A DNA stretch of 62,789 nucleotides, counting the filler, from Candidatus Methanoxibalbensis ujae (GTDB lineage: Archaea; Halobacteriota; Syntropharchaeia; Alkanophagales; Methanospirareceae): assembly GCA_026134085.1 (NCBI GenBank). It is 5 parts of 5 records of this genome, joined end to end, with 100 filler letters (N's around TTAATTAATTAA, not from the genome) between each part and the next. Parts side by side here need not be neighbours in the genome. Positions count along the whole stretch, not along the records: positions 1 to 13,951 come from JAOQIN010000047.1; 4 more parts are not named here. One strand, written 5' to 3'. The notes below the pieces were generated by a model. It ran no database searches, was not told the DNA's origin, and saw only the letters and a list, made by a program, of their open reading frames with translations. Made by a program: the position numbers and the translations under genes. How positions within the stretch are numbered: position 1 is the first letter of the stretch; every line of letters starts with the position of its first letter. Below, piece after piece: positions 1 to 10,770 of this stretch.

Positions 1-254
1 TCATTCCGCAAGGCCTGACAGGCCTCCTGTAGTGCATCATACAAAATGCTGCCGCCGTTATCCAGTGCCCCTGCTTCGCCTTCATACACCATATATAAAT
101 CTCACCTTTTCTATCCTTGAAAACTTGAAAAGGCGGGAATGGCAGCAACAATTTAAATACCCCAAGACTTCACCTGAAAGGATGGATCTAAATAACACAC
201 ATGGCAGAACAGATCTGTGATGGTTGGGGGTGCCTGATCATGATTTCCCCGTAG

Positions 255-1742
255 TTACCCGTGCTTGCTCAGCGCAAGCTCTTTTATAACATCATATGTC
301 TGAAATTCAGGTGCCATTGCGTCATACCAGTTGAATTTACCGTAAGAAAGCACTTTCACCTGCTTGACCCCCATGTTTCCGCCGTGAACAGGATATATCA
401 ATGTCACTCCTCTGTCCTGAAGGAACTCATCAGCCATTTTGAGAAAATCCTTCACATCTTCACTGTCCATTTCCTGACTGAGCACATAAAGAGGAGAGTT
501 GTCAAGTCCAAAATCAAATATTGCAAATATGGGAATGTCTCCCATTTTCTCGCGGATATCAGATATCATCTCATCCCATCTTTCCTCATCTATATCCATT
601 GAACGGACCTCCTCAGCTGAGAAAGTCACGATGACAGCATCCAAGTCTGGCTGCTTAAATGAAAATGTGGCTGCTTCTGGCCATGTCATCACATAAACAT
701 ATTTCCCCTTTGAAAGCCCATATTGATGAATCTTATGAACGAGCTGCGATGCCGCATCATAGGATTCGCGCACAGCAGTGTGATTCTCATCACCTGTGAT
801 TGATCTCATCTCTCTTGCCTGGCGAAAGAGCATATCTATCCAGTAAGCATCAACACCACAATCTATTTGCTTGTATGCCCAGCTCAGGAAAAGGTCCTGA
901 AAATCAGGATTTGTGATGTCCGGGAAATAAAAAGGCATTTCTTCCTCAGGATTATATCTATCATGAGGAGAAGTCCATCCCATTTTTATAGCCCATTGCC
1001 TCTGAAACTCCTCTTTTGATATGTCAATTCCCCATTTCATAGGGTCTAAAGCCATTTTCCATGTGTCTTCTCGTCCAAATTTCTCGCCTGTTATGGGATT
1101 CCAACATTCAGGATTCAGAAATTCAAGCGCTTGCCCTCCTCCAAAAATGACATCAGGCATCTCACTTTTAATGGAGGAAACCGCATTTCTGAGATGTTCG
1201 TAGCTGTATCCCTTCAACTCGCATGCTTCTTGCTTATCAGGAGGCAGATCCTCGCAGTGTTCGGGACAGGGTTCGTATCTCATCCAGCCCTGAAATATGA
1301 AATCTGCATTCAGATCGCGGAGGATTCCGATAACATCTTCCAGACTTCTGTTTATCACCGCGCCATCTGTCACACGGCGATACATAACCGCCACTTTGAC
1401 ACTTGATAGATTTGTTCCTGCACCCATCACCCGCATGACAGTTTTCTCCGCTCTTTCCAAGGCTTCAAATGCATTGTCAAGCAGACTGTCCGCGAACTCA
1501 TAATTATTCTTTGAAAATGCCCTCAGAGCTGCTCTAGCAAAGATCTCAGCCTTATTCACATCATATCCCTGCGCTTTTTTCTCATAGCACAACTGCTTGA
1601 AATCCGAAAAACGCTGAAGTAACCTCTGCTTTTCCTTCTCATGAAGTGTGTTCTGATAAAAAAACAACGCCGCGAGCAGTGCAGCCACCAATATCACTAC
1701 AAAAACCCTTCTGTCCATCCGCAGCCTCTTCACCGCAGCCAC
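255..1742 (-). CDS. Membrane-anchored extracellular protein with putative TIM-barrel glycoside-hydrolase-like domain
   Basis: 495-aa ORF; N-terminal basic stretch plus hydrophobic anchor (RRVFVVILVAALLAALFF); the segment 'PDITNPDFQDLFLSWAYKQIDCGVDAYWID' resembles the D-G/A-x-x-x-D motif of TIM-barrel glycosidases. Confidence 0.55.
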   Translation of the reverse strand: MAAVKRLRMDRRVFVVILVAALLAALFFYQNTLHEKEKQRLLQRFSDFKQLCYEKKAQGYDVNKAEIFARAALRAFSKNNYEFADSLLDNAFEALERAEKTVMRVMGAGTNLSSVKVAVMYRRVTDGAVINRSLEDVIGILRDLNADFIFQGWMRYEPCPEHCEDLPPDKQEACELKGYSYEHLRNAVSSIKSEMPDVIFGGGQALEFLNPECWNPITGEKFGREDTWKMALDPMKWGIDISKEEFQRQWAIKMGWTSPHDRYNPEEEMPFYFPDITNPDFQDLFLSWAYKQIDCGVDAYWIDMLFRQAREMRSITGDENHTAVRESYDAASQLVHKIHQYGLSKGKYVYVMTWPEAATFSFKQPDLDAVIVTFSAEEVRSMDIDEERWDEMISDIREKMGDIPIFAIFDFGLDNSPLYVLSQEMDSEDVKDFLKMADEFLQDRGVTLIYPVHGGNMGVKQVKVLSYGKFNWYDAMAPEFQTYDVIKELALSKHG

Positions 1743-1863
1743 CCTGAAAAGCCACAGAGGTTATCAATTCTTCCTCAAATATGTCATATAGGTTACGTTC
1801 AGATGGAATTATTTTTCACTTATTTCCAATTTCAAATTCACACTCCTTCATTCAGATGATCCG

Positions 1864-2982
1864 TCATTTCATCATGAACAATCTCACCATTGTCATCAAA
1901 TTCCTTATAATGCCGCTGTTGACTGCAAAAGCCATCTTTATATATGCATTCCTGTCAAACTTGCTGAGATACAGAAACATGCTGGACAGTGAATGATTCA
2001 GATCTATATGAGCATGATCCTCCGTTTTACGCCATAAATTCTGATAGACAGCCAGAGAAGAGAGGGAGAAGTCCCCTTCCTCCAGCGCATTGACGCACAC
2101 ATCTCCAGCGAGTCTCCCCGCATTTATCGCATGCTCAATCCCGCCCCCACTCACGGGGTCCACCATTCCCGCAGCATCACCCACAACCAGCATACGCTCG
2201 CCGAAAATGCGCTCAGCAGGAGCTGCAGGTATTAATGCAGAACCCGTCCATAACATGCGCCTGCCACTGAGCTTTCTGGCTGTCGGAGGATATTTGTTGA
2301 GCATATAGTGCAGCAACTCAATGATATTTTTTGAAAGTTTGCTGTATAAACATCCCACACCCACATTCACAGTATTTCTTTTTGGAAATATCCAGCCATA
2401 TCCCCACTGTGAAATTGCATGATTATAATGAAATTCAAAGCAATTCAGTGAATTTTCCCGCCATTCAATCTCGCATGCCACGGATACATATGTTGTATCT
2501 GCCCTGGGTTTGAATCCGATGCCGAATTTTCTGTATGCAAGTGTGTTTGGACCGTCAGCAAACACAACAAGCTCTGATTCAATTTTTTCCCTCGCTGAAA
2601 TCACAACTCTGTCATTTTTCACACGAACATCCTCAACAAGCATACCGGAGCGCAATTCAGCACCTTCTTCTGTGGCTTTTTCTGCCAATTTCCTGTCAAA
2701 CAAATTTCTGCATACAGAAATATGGTTGAGTTTCAGATGCTGTTCTCCCCATGGATAGTAATATGCACCTTCTGGAATGAATTTCTCAATTACATCGGTG
2801 CTCAAACCAGTTTCTCTGAATGTTTTCATCGGTATGCCTCCCGCACAGACGCTTGCCGCCCCCGGATTGTTCTCCTTCTCCACAAGCATGACGATGAATC
2901 CGCGCTTTGCAATAACCCTCGCCGCTGTGGAGCCAGCAGGTCCCGCACCTATCACCACAACATCAGCCCTCTTCTCAGGCAT
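1864..2982 (-). CDS. Geranylgeranyl reductase family FAD-dependent oxidoreductase
   Basis: GAGPAG Rossmann motif, FADG, YGWIFP and GDAAGMVDPVSGGGI motifs of the GGR/DGGR family. Confidence 0.9.
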   Translation of the reverse strand: MPEKRADVVVIGAGPAGSTAARVIAKRGFIVMLVEKENNPGAASVCAGGIPMKTFRETGLSTDVIEKFIPEGAYYYPWGEQHLKLNHISVCRNLFDRKLAEKATEEGAELRSGMLVEDVRVKNDRVVISAREKIESELVVFADGPNTLAYRKFGIGFKPRADTTYVSVACEIEWRENSLNCFEFHYNHAISQWGYGWIFPKRNTVNVGVGCLYSKLSKNIIELLHYMLNKYPPTARKLSGRRMLWTGSALIPAAPAERIFGERMLVVGDAAGMVDPVSGGGIEHAINAGRLAGDVCVNALEEGDFSLSSLAVYQNLWRKTEDHAHIDLNHSLSSMFLYLSKFDRNAYIKMAFAVNSGIIRNLMTMVRLFMMK

Positions 2983-3010
2983 TTATTAGTTTGTTCATGA
3001 ATTTCTGTTT

Positions 3011-3340
3011 ATGAAGTGCTTTGCGTGCGTTGAATGCTGCCCGACAGATGCTATCAAAGTGAGCAAAGATTCATGCGTGGCGCTTGGAAGAGGAAGAAAA
3101 AATCCGATAAGCGTGGATTATGAGAGATGCAACGGCTGTGACCTCTGCAACAGAATCTGTCCCATGGGCAATATAAAACGCTCAGCAAATGGCTGTTCAT
3201 TCTGTATAATATGCATGGGGCGGCCAAATTGCGTATTGCAAGCGGATACAGCAGCATCCTTCACCGATTTCGCACGCTCATTTTTCCGTTTTGTGATAAT
3301 GATGTGCCGCGTGAAGGTGATGAAGATGAAGAAAAGATGA
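3011..3340 (+). CDS. 4Fe-4S dicluster ferredoxin-like protein (first motif lacks its first Cys)
   Basis: KCFACVECCP, CNGCDLCNRICP and CSFCIICMGRPNC cysteine clusters. Confidence 0.7.
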   Translation: MKCFACVECCPTDAIKVSKDSCVALGRGRKNPISVDYERCNGCDLCNRICPMGNIKRSANGCSFCIICMGRPNCVLQADTAASFTDFARSFFRFVIMMCRVKVMKMKKR

Positions 3341-3346
3341 AGCAGC

Positions 3347-5371
3347 TTATTTGATGCGATATATATAAACAGTGACAGCATCAACCTTTTTCACTGACAT
3401 GGGGTTCTCATCAGATCTGAAATAGAGATTGACTGTCACAGGAAGTTTGCCGTCATACCTGCACATAGGAACAATTTTGAATTTTATCACAGCGGATGAG
3501 CCCTTATCAAGCGTCACATTGCACCAATCCGGTTCCACAAATATTATGTAACGGTTGTGATCAACGAATATGGGGAAGTTGGCACGCGAGTCTCCTGTGT
3601 TCCTGATTTCAAGCAATGCCGTGTATCTTTCTCCAACTTTCATAAAACCGGGCATGCTTATCCTGAAAACCTCCCCGGAAATCATACCCCTGTCCTCACT
3701 TTCCAGTTTCTTCTCGGGTTCAACATGCTTCCGCTTCAAAACAAAACTTCCATGCGGGTAGTTTTCTGAGTGAAAAACGATATCATAATCCTCAAATATA
3801 TCAATCTTGACTGTTTCCTTGAAGTATGCTTCGTAGAACGGCTCGCTCACTATGATGTAAGCTGGCTTTAAAATCTCAACTTTTTCAATGTCTATTATGG
3901 CATATTCACCCGAGTATTTCGGAGCACGCTTGAGCAGATTGCATGTTGATATGTTGAATCCGTCCAAATACAACTGATAATCCACCATTTTATTTGTCAC
4001 CATAACTGTTCCTATCATTATATCATCCCGATCATAGCCGTTCCGCATGATGTCAGTCTCAACATATCTGACAGCATCCTCCAGCCATGGATTGTATCCT
4101 CCTTTGTCCCATTTATGAGCTGTCGCAGTTGTGAAAGCGTAGAAAAGCATCACAATCCCCATAAACACGACAGCTGATATCCCCAGAACACCACGATATC
4201 CTCTCGTTCTCATGATCAAATCCGATGAGAATCTCACGACGAAATGCGAGAACATCACAAACACAAAGGGAAAAGTGTATATCAGATAATGACGACTGTT
4301 ACCTATATTGAGAAGTATCGCGATCAACATGGCGAGATGGATAACAAGGAAACAGCCTCTCACCTCCCTGATAACAAGATAGAAGAGGTAAAGGAGAAAA
4401 GACGACATCAGGAGAAAAATTGCAGAGATTTTGAAAATCCCTGTCAGAAAAGAACCCATTATATCACTGCCGGCACCCCATGTATATACATTGAGTATCT
4501 CACCACCGCCTCTCAGTATCAGCTCATCAAGTGTGAATGTTATGGGACGCTCACCGGTCAGACTCTCTCCCCTCTCATATCTCTCAACACTGTAATATAA
4601 GAATCCATGAAAGCCAACACCTGTGTAGAACAAACATATGAGCAGCGGCAGAACAGTTAGAAATGCGAGGAGGAAAAGCATAAGTATCCTCTTCTCCAGA
4701 AGGGCACCCATCCTGAAACGCCTCGTCCACAGAAGATACGCAGGAACTGAAAGGATGAGGAAGGAAGAAAGATATTTCGCATCAAACGCCAGACCCATCA
4801 TCACTCCCGCAACAATCGCGTAAATCTCGCTCTTCCTCCTCTCATTCATCTGCAAAGCCCTCTCACTAAGCTGAAAAAAATAAAGGAAAGATATGATGAA
4901 AAACAATGTGAATGCTTCAAGCATATATATACGACTGAACAGACAGTGATATGATGAAAGACATAGTAACATAGCGGACAACAATCCTGTCTTTCTGTCA
5001 TACATCGTCTTCCCCAATAAATACATGACGGGGACGCTCAGACTTCCAAAAACAACAGATATCATTCTCAGCGTGTTAAGGTCGCCTTCAAAGAGCAATG
5101 TGACCGCTGCTCCCACATATGGTAAAAAAGGGGTCATATAATCAAATACATCCGCTCTGGGAGCAAAGTTATCAGCCAATATCTTCTCAGTGTCTGTCCA
5201 ATAAAGCAGCTCATCTCCGCCATATATGCATATATTGGATACATCTATCGCTCTTATCAGAAATGCAACTGTGAAAAGACACAGAATTACGAGCACATTT
5301 TTCAGATCTCCTCTCTCCATTCTCCCATCATAACCACGCGTCAGTTCAATGCCTCTGTCAGCATTCATCAT
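3347..5371 (-). CDS. ArnT/PMT-type (GT-C fold) multi-TM glycosyltransferase with C-terminal Ig-like domain
   Basis: GGDELLY acidic loop after TM1, many TM helices, SRIYMLE and AKY motifs; start placed at the ATG that overlaps the upstream stop (ATGA coupling). Confidence 0.8.
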   Translation of the reverse strand: MMNADRGIELTRGYDGRMERGDLKNVLVILCLFTVAFLIRAIDVSNICIYGGDELLYWTDTEKILADNFAPRADVFDYMTPFLPYVGAAVTLLFEGDLNTLRMISVVFGSLSVPVMYLLGKTMYDRKTGLLSAMLLCLSSYHCLFSRIYMLEAFTLFFIISFLYFFQLSERALQMNERRKSEIYAIVAGVMMGLAFDAKYLSSFLILSVPAYLLWTRRFRMGALLEKRILMLFLLAFLTVLPLLICLFYTGVGFHGFLYYSVERYERGESLTGERPITFTLDELILRGGGEILNVYTWGAGSDIMGSFLTGIFKISAIFLLMSSFLLYLFYLVIREVRGCFLVIHLAMLIAILLNIGNSRHYLIYTFPFVFVMFSHFVVRFSSDLIMRTRGYRGVLGISAVVFMGIVMLFYAFTTATAHKWDKGGYNPWLEDAVRYVETDIMRNGYDRDDIMIGTVMVTNKMVDYQLYLDGFNISTCNLLKRAPKYSGEYAIIDIEKVEILKPAYIIVSEPFYEAYFKETVKIDIFEDYDIVFHSENYPHGSFVLKRKHVEPEKKLESEDRGMISGEVFRISMPGFMKVGERYTALLEIRNTGDSRANFPIFVDHNRYIIFVEPDWCNVTLDKGSSAVIKFKIVPMCRYDGKLPVTVNLYFRSDENPMSVKKVDAVTVYIYRIK

Positions 5372-6336
5372 GTGTCCGTCAGTTCGCCTCGTGATATCAC
5401 CCTCCATCTCAAAATGTTAAAAATGTTTTTGAAAGTGTAATACTGGGTGAAAAGCGCAAACAGCGTGACAAAGATGTATGAAGGATCTCTGAGAAAAAGA
5501 ATAAGAGAAAGAAAGACAGGAAATACATTGAACACAAGAAAATGCATACATGAGAGATACAGCGGATATATTTTTTCCTCCCTTATCAATTTTCCTTTTG
5601 ATATCAAAATGTGAAGGATGACATAAACTGCGGATGTCATTATCATCAGAAAATATGTGTATGGAATTCTCAAAAAAATAACACAGAGCAAAAACATGAG
5701 TGCAGCGGAGAGAAAATATATTATCTTCGATGTTTTAAATGCCTTCTCAATTGAGACAACAGCAAAAGTGCGGGTTCCTGTTCTCATGTCGGACTCGTAG
5801 TCGTATATCTGATGTGTGATGATTTCAGACATATGAACCGTGAAAGATGCTGCCAGGAATATTGCAGTTTCCACGCTGAAAATTGAGAAGAAGGAAAATA
5901 TCGCGAGAACGGGAAGCGCCTTTTCCACGAGTGCGCATACGACAATCCCGATGAAACCCATTTCCTTGAACCTTACTGGAGGGGAAGAATAAAAGGTGGC
6001 GAGCAGATATGAGGAAACATAAACAACAATAAAAAGAGGATTTCGGAGATAGAAAAAGTGAAGCGCACATATAATGGAGACCGCAATTATAATTATGATA
6101 AATGCTTTCCTTGATATATAATGAACTGCTCTTATTTTGCCAGTTGCGCTGTCAAATGGCATATCAAAGAAGTCATTTACAAGAAAACCATACATAAAAT
6201 AGAATCCAAGTGAGGATATCAGTGCGAAAAAATGCATCAGATCTACTTCACAAATGGTGGAAATGTATAGAAGCGCGAGAAGGGAGATATGCATGTCATA
6301 GCTCATCCACACCTTCCAGCCCCTGTATCCCATCAT
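5368..6336 (-). CDS. UbiA family prenyltransferase
   Basis: NDFFDMPFDSATGKIR and QIYDYESDMRTGTRT aspartate-rich motifs, YSSPPVRFKE, multiple TM helices. Confidence 0.85.
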   Translation of the reverse strand: MMGYRGWKVWMSYDMHISLLALLYISTICEVDLMHFFALISSLGFYFMYGFLVNDFFDMPFDSATGKIRAVHYISRKAFIIIIIAVSIICALHFFYLRNPLFIVVYVSSYLLATFYSSPPVRFKEMGFIGIVVCALVEKALPVLAIFSFFSIFSVETAIFLAASFTVHMSEIITHQIYDYESDMRTGTRTFAVVSIEKAFKTSKIIYFLSAALMFLLCVIFLRIPYTYFLMIMTSAVYVILHILISKGKLIREEKIYPLYLSCMHFLVFNVFPVFLSLILFLRDPSYIFVTLFALFTQYYTFKNIFNILRWRVISRGELTDT

Positions 6337-6374
6337 GTCTCATCTCTCTCCATCTCTTTATCCTAATCTCTCTT

Positions 6375-7037
6375 TTACCTGATTTTGCGCCCAACGACAA
6401 CCCAGTGTGTGAGGTCAAAAAATGGAGGATGAAATTTTACATCCACGAATCCTGCTTCTCTCAACACATCTTTTATAGGTTTGCGATGCTTGAACATAGA
6501 TGGCGATGGCGGAAAAACCTGTATGTGTGTGCCGAGTTTTCTGCTGATTCTTTCATAGGTGCTGAAGAGCAGATGACTCGGTGCGATTATCCATGGCCAG
6601 AGCAAAATGCAGTGTGCTCCAGCTCTCAGAACCCTGTTGAACTCCTTCAAAATCTGAAGCAGCTCTTTTTCAGTGAAGTGCTCCATCACTCCCACATTCC
6701 ATATGCCGTCTATGGATTCCTCCTTAAACGGAAGTCTGAATATATCCGCCTGAATGTAGAAGTGCATTATGCCGTTCTTCTTCGCTATTGCGAGAGCTGT
6801 GGCGGAAAAATCCAAAGCACCGAGTGTTCTGTTCTTCTTCGCTATTTTAACTGAGGATTCGCAGGTCCCGGAACCCATCTCCATGAAAATTCCTTCCCGT
6901 GGAAAATACCGCTCAATATAAAACCGAAGCTGATTTGCAATCAGGAATTTACGATAAAAGCTGCACACATGCTCAAAAATACTCTCCCTCCTCCCGCACC
7001 AATGCCGTTCCCATACACTTCTGAGCATTTTGCGCAT
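6375..7037 (-). CDS. Class I SAM-dependent methyltransferase
   Basis: EMGSGT motif I, ADIFRLPF, DGIWNVGVMEHF, RVLRAG. Confidence 0.85.
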   Translation of the reverse strand: MRKMLRSVWERHWCGRRESIFEHVCSFYRKFLIANQLRFYIERYFPREGIFMEMGSGTCESSVKIAKKNRTLGALDFSATALAIAKKNGIMHFYIQADIFRLPFKEESIDGIWNVGVMEHFTEKELLQILKEFNRVLRAGAHCILLWPWIIAPSHLLFSTYERISRKLGTHIQVFPPSPSMFKHRKPIKDVLREAGFVDVKFHPPFFDLTHWVVVGRKIR

Positions 7038-7279
7038 TAATAATTAACAGATAAAAAATTGAAAAATGATATGAGACAAAACCTCATCAGCTCAGATGAG
7101 AAGAACGATAATATCTTCAGTGCTGGATGTGAGATGAGAGGTTCAGGCATTCCCTCACAGCGCGAGGGGCTTTCCGCTGTAAAAAAGAAAAAAGGGATTG
7201 AAGATTAAAAAAGAACACAGAAGGACGGGAGCGAGTGCGATGCGGGATCCCGTGAGAGCGGATGAAGAAGTGATGAAGA

Positions 7280-9238
7280 ATGGAGGAGGAAGTTCGTATA
7301 GGAGTGTTTGTGTGCAGATGTGGCGTCAACATAGGTGGTGTTGTGGATTGTGAAGAGGTTGCGAAGTATGCGGAGACGCTTCCTGGTGTTGTATGCACAT
7401 CAGTCAACACATATACATGCTCTGATTCCGGTCAGGAGGACATAAAGGAGCACATAAAAAAGCACAATCTCAACAGAGTTGTTGTGGCGGCGTGCACTCC
7501 GAGGACGCATGAGCCCACATTCAGGGCGTGTTGTGAGGAGGCGGGCGTCAACAAATATCTGTTTGAGTTTGTGAACATCCGAGACCAGTGCAGCTGGACG
7601 CACATGCACGAGCCCGAGAAAGCGACTGAAAAGGCGAAGGACCTTGTGAGGATGGGAGTTGCGCGATCATGGATTCTTGAGCCTCTCAGCGATTCTGAGG
7701 TGCCTGTGAGGAGAGAAGCTCTCGTCATAGGAGGCGGAGTTGCTGGCATGCAGGCTGCGATGGACATTGGGGATATGGGATTCAAGGTTTATCTCGTTGA
7801 GAAGGAGCCTTCAATAGGCGGTCGCATGGCTCGTTTTGACAAGGTTTTTCCGACCAACGACTGTTCAATATGTATATTAGGCCCGAAAATGGTGGAAGTA
7901 GCTCGCAATAAGAATGTTGAGATAATGTCGTATTCAGAGGTTGAGAGTGTTGAAGGATATGTTGGCAATTTCAAGGTCAAAGTCAGGCACAAACCTCGCT
8001 ACATAGATGAGGACAGATGCACCGGATGTGGTGAATGTGCGAGTGTGTGTCCTGTTGAAGTTCCCTATGACTTTGACGAGGGCTTCGGAACGCGAGGAGC
8101 GGTATACATTCCTTTTCCGCAGGCTGTGCCTCTGAAAGCTGTTATTGACATGGATAACTGTCTTCGCAGCGAGGGGAAGAAGTGCAAGGCATGTGAAAAA
8201 GCATGTGGGAGAGGAGCGATAGACTTCACGCAGGAGGAGCGTTTCACCGAGCTAAATGTGGGAGTCATAATCGTTGCGACGGGATTTGCAACATATGACC
8301 CGGAGCCGAGGCACGATTACGGATACGGCATATACGACAATGTCATCACCACAATGGAATTTGAGCGCCTTTTGAACGCCGCAGGTCCTACGGAAGGTCA
8401 TGTGATCCGTCCATCTGACTGCAGGGAGCCGATGAGGCTCGGATTCATAAACTGTGTTGGCAGCAGAGACTTAAACACAAATGAGCACTGTTCTGGAGGG
8501 ATATGCTGCATGTTCAACATAAAAAACGCAATCCTTCTCAAGGAAAAGCGACCTGAGATCTCATGCTATATATTTTACATGGACATACGCACTCCTTTCA
8601 GAGGATATGAGGAGTTCTATAACCGTGCCCGCGAGATCGGAATAAGGTTTATAAGGGGAAGACCTGCTGAAGTGAGGGAGAAGCCAAACGGAAATATTGT
8701 TGTGAGGGTTGAAGACACGCTTAAAGGGGTGGTGAGGGAGATAGAGGTTGATCTGCTTGTCCTTGGAACGGGTGTTGTGCCGAATCCCGATACGGAGCGC
8801 ATATCAAAAATGCTCAAGATTCCGAGGGCGGCAGATGGCCTTCTTATGGAAGCACATCCCAAACTCGGTCCCGTTGACACGGTGATAGATGGCGTTTTCA
8901 TTGCAGGTTGCATCTCAGGTCCAAAGGACATTCCTTTCGCTGTTTCTCAGGGAAGTGGAGCAGCATCAAGGGCATCAAGATTGCTCTCAACCGGAAGAGC
9001 TGTGGTTGAAGGCATAACCGCAGTGTCTGATGAGCGGTGCATAGGATGCTCGCTGTGTGTTGATGTATGCCCATACGGCGCACTTTTCCTTGATGAAAAA
9101 AGAGTGAAGGTTATCGAGGCTCTATGCAAGGGATGCGGAACCTGTGCAGCAACATGCCCCACAGGCGCACTTGATCAGCGACATTTCAAGTGCACACAGA
9201 TATGTGCGCAGGTGAAAAACCTGTTCGCAATCGCTTAG
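7280..9238 (+). CDS. hdrA: Heterodisulfide reductase flavoprotein subunit A
   Basis: N-terminal GVFVCRCGVNI, CTPRTHEPTF, IRDQCSW, GGGVAG FAD motif, DCSICIL, inserted and C-terminal 2x[4Fe-4S] motifs. Confidence 0.97.
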   Translation: MEEEVRIGVFVCRCGVNIGGVVDCEEVAKYAETLPGVVCTSVNTYTCSDSGQEDIKEHIKKHNLNRVVVAACTPRTHEPTFRACCEEAGVNKYLFEFVNIRDQCSWTHMHEPEKATEKAKDLVRMGVARSWILEPLSDSEVPVRREALVIGGGVAGMQAAMDIGDMGFKVYLVEKEPSIGGRMARFDKVFPTNDCSICILGPKMVEVARNKNVEIMSYSEVESVEGYVGNFKVKVRHKPRYIDEDRCTGCGECASVCPVEVPYDFDEGFGTRGAVYIPFPQAVPLKAVIDMDNCLRSEGKKCKACEKACGRGAIDFTQEERFTELNVGVIIVATGFATYDPEPRHDYGYGIYDNVITTMEFERLLNAAGPTEGHVIRPSDCREPMRLGFINCVGSRDLNTNEHCSGGICCMFNIKNAILLKEKRPEISCYIFYMDIRTPFRGYEEFYNRAREIGIRFIRGRPAEVREKPNGNIVVRVEDTLKGVVREIEVDLLVLGTGVVPNPDTERISKMLKIPRAADGLLMEAHPKLGPVDTVIDGVFIAGCISGPKDIPFAVSQGSGAASRASRLLSTGRAVVEGITAVSDERCIGCSLCVDVCPYGALFLDEKRVKVIEALCKGCGTCAATCPTGALDQRHFKCTQICAQVKNLFAIA

Positions 9239-9327
9239 ATGCCATGCGGATAAAGAGCCGCAGATACAGAACAGAGACGCCGCCTGCACGGAAAAGAGGG
9301 GAGAGACGAAACAATGGTATATGAAAA

Positions 9328-10722
9328 ATGGATCTTGAGGGCTTTGCAAAGCGGATGATTGAATGCGGTGTCAGTGAAGCGCAGATAATGGCGGAGATGA
9401 CGCGCAGAATCATGGAGATAAAGGATATAAGCGAGGAATCCGCCGCTCGCATATCAAAGGCGGTGATAGAGGAGGCAAAATGCACGCTGCCCGCGAGTGA
9501 AGGATGCATTGACTCTGACATTGACTCCGATTACCTGCAGAGCGTGCTGAAATCTGTGAAATCAGGCGTGCGAGCGGGCGAATTCGGCGTTGGCTCAAGA
9601 GGCAGGGGTGATTTCCACACACATCAGAAAATAGCGGATATCATAGGAAAGACATCTGCTGTGGCAGATTCATCAACAATGAGCGATTCGGGCGTTGTTC
9701 GCATTGAAGATGGCAGATACATTGTTGTGACGGTTGACGGCATTCACTCACGGCTGAGCGATTTTCCTTTTCTCGCAGGTTTTCATGTGGCGAGAGCTGC
9801 GCTGAGAGATGTCTATGTTATGGGAGCCAGGCCTCTTGCGCTTTTCTCAGACATTCATGTGGCGGATGATGCTGATGTTGCGAAGATATTTGAGCATATC
9901 GCCGGCATATCCGCCGTTTCAGAGGCTGTCGGCGTCCCCCTGATAACAGGATCGACACTGCGCATAGGCGGAGACATGGTCATAGGCACACGAATGACAG
10001 GCTGTGCCGGAGCGGTTGGCGTTGCCACCCGGATATTCACAAAAAGCGCTGCGAAGCCCGGTGACATAATTCTCATGTCAGAAGGGGCGGGCGGCGGAAC
10101 AATATCAACCGCAGCACTCTACAACGGCGAATACGATGTGGTGCGTGAAACTCTAAACATAAAATTTCTGAAGGCATGTGATGCAATCATAAAAAATGAA
10201 ATAAAAATTCACACAATGACGGACATCACAAATGGAGGAATAAGAGGTGATGCAAACGAGATCGCGAGTGTATCGGGGGTCAAACTCGTATTTTATGAGG
10301 AAAAAATAAGGTCAATGGTCGACAGACGCGTGCTTGACATGCTTGAAAAACTTAAAATTGATTATTTGGGAGTTTCTCTTGATTCTCTTCTCGTGATATG
10401 CCCCGAAAATGAGGCTGAGGAAGTTCGCAGGGTTGTTGAGCGTGCAGGCGTCAGGATTTCAGAAGTCGGTTTCGTGTCATCTTCTGCCGGCGAAGATGCA
10501 TGTGCCGAGATCGTGAGCAGCACAGATGGAACTCGCAGAAGGCTTGAGCCCAGGTTCAGGGAGTCCGCTTACACTCCTCTCAAAAAAGTCGTGGGCGAAA
10601 ATGTAACTGAGACGGAATACGAGAAAATGCGTCGTCTTGTTGAAAGTGCTGCAGAAGCGGCTATCAGAAAGAAAGAGCTTGTGAAGATGATGCTCCTCAC
10701 GAGGAGTCACGAGGAGTCATGA
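9328..10722 (+). CDS. AIR synthase (PurM/HypE-fold) related protein of methanogens
   Basis: GEFGVGSRGRGDF, DGIHSRLSDFPFLAGFH, GSTLRIGGDMV and MTDITNGG motifs. Confidence 0.85.
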   Translation: MDLEGFAKRMIECGVSEAQIMAEMTRRIMEIKDISEESAARISKAVIEEAKCTLPASEGCIDSDIDSDYLQSVLKSVKSGVRAGEFGVGSRGRGDFHTHQKIADIIGKTSAVADSSTMSDSGVVRIEDGRYIVVTVDGIHSRLSDFPFLAGFHVARAALRDVYVMGARPLALFSDIHVADDADVAKIFEHIAGISAVSEAVGVPLITGSTLRIGGDMVIGTRMTGCAGAVGVATRIFTKSAAKPGDIILMSEGAGGGTISTAALYNGEYDVVRETLNIKFLKACDAIIKNEIKIHTMTDITNGGIRGDANEIASVSGVKLVFYEEKIRSMVDRRVLDMLEKLKIDYLGVSLDSLLVICPENEAEEVRRVVERAGVRISEVGFVSSSAGEDACAEIVSSTDGTRRRLEPRFRESAYTPLKKVVGENVTETEYEKMRRLVESAAEAAIRKKELVKMMLLTRSHEES

Positions 10723-10770
10723 CGAGATATGAAATAAAACAAAAAACCATATCAATTATATCAATGATCA

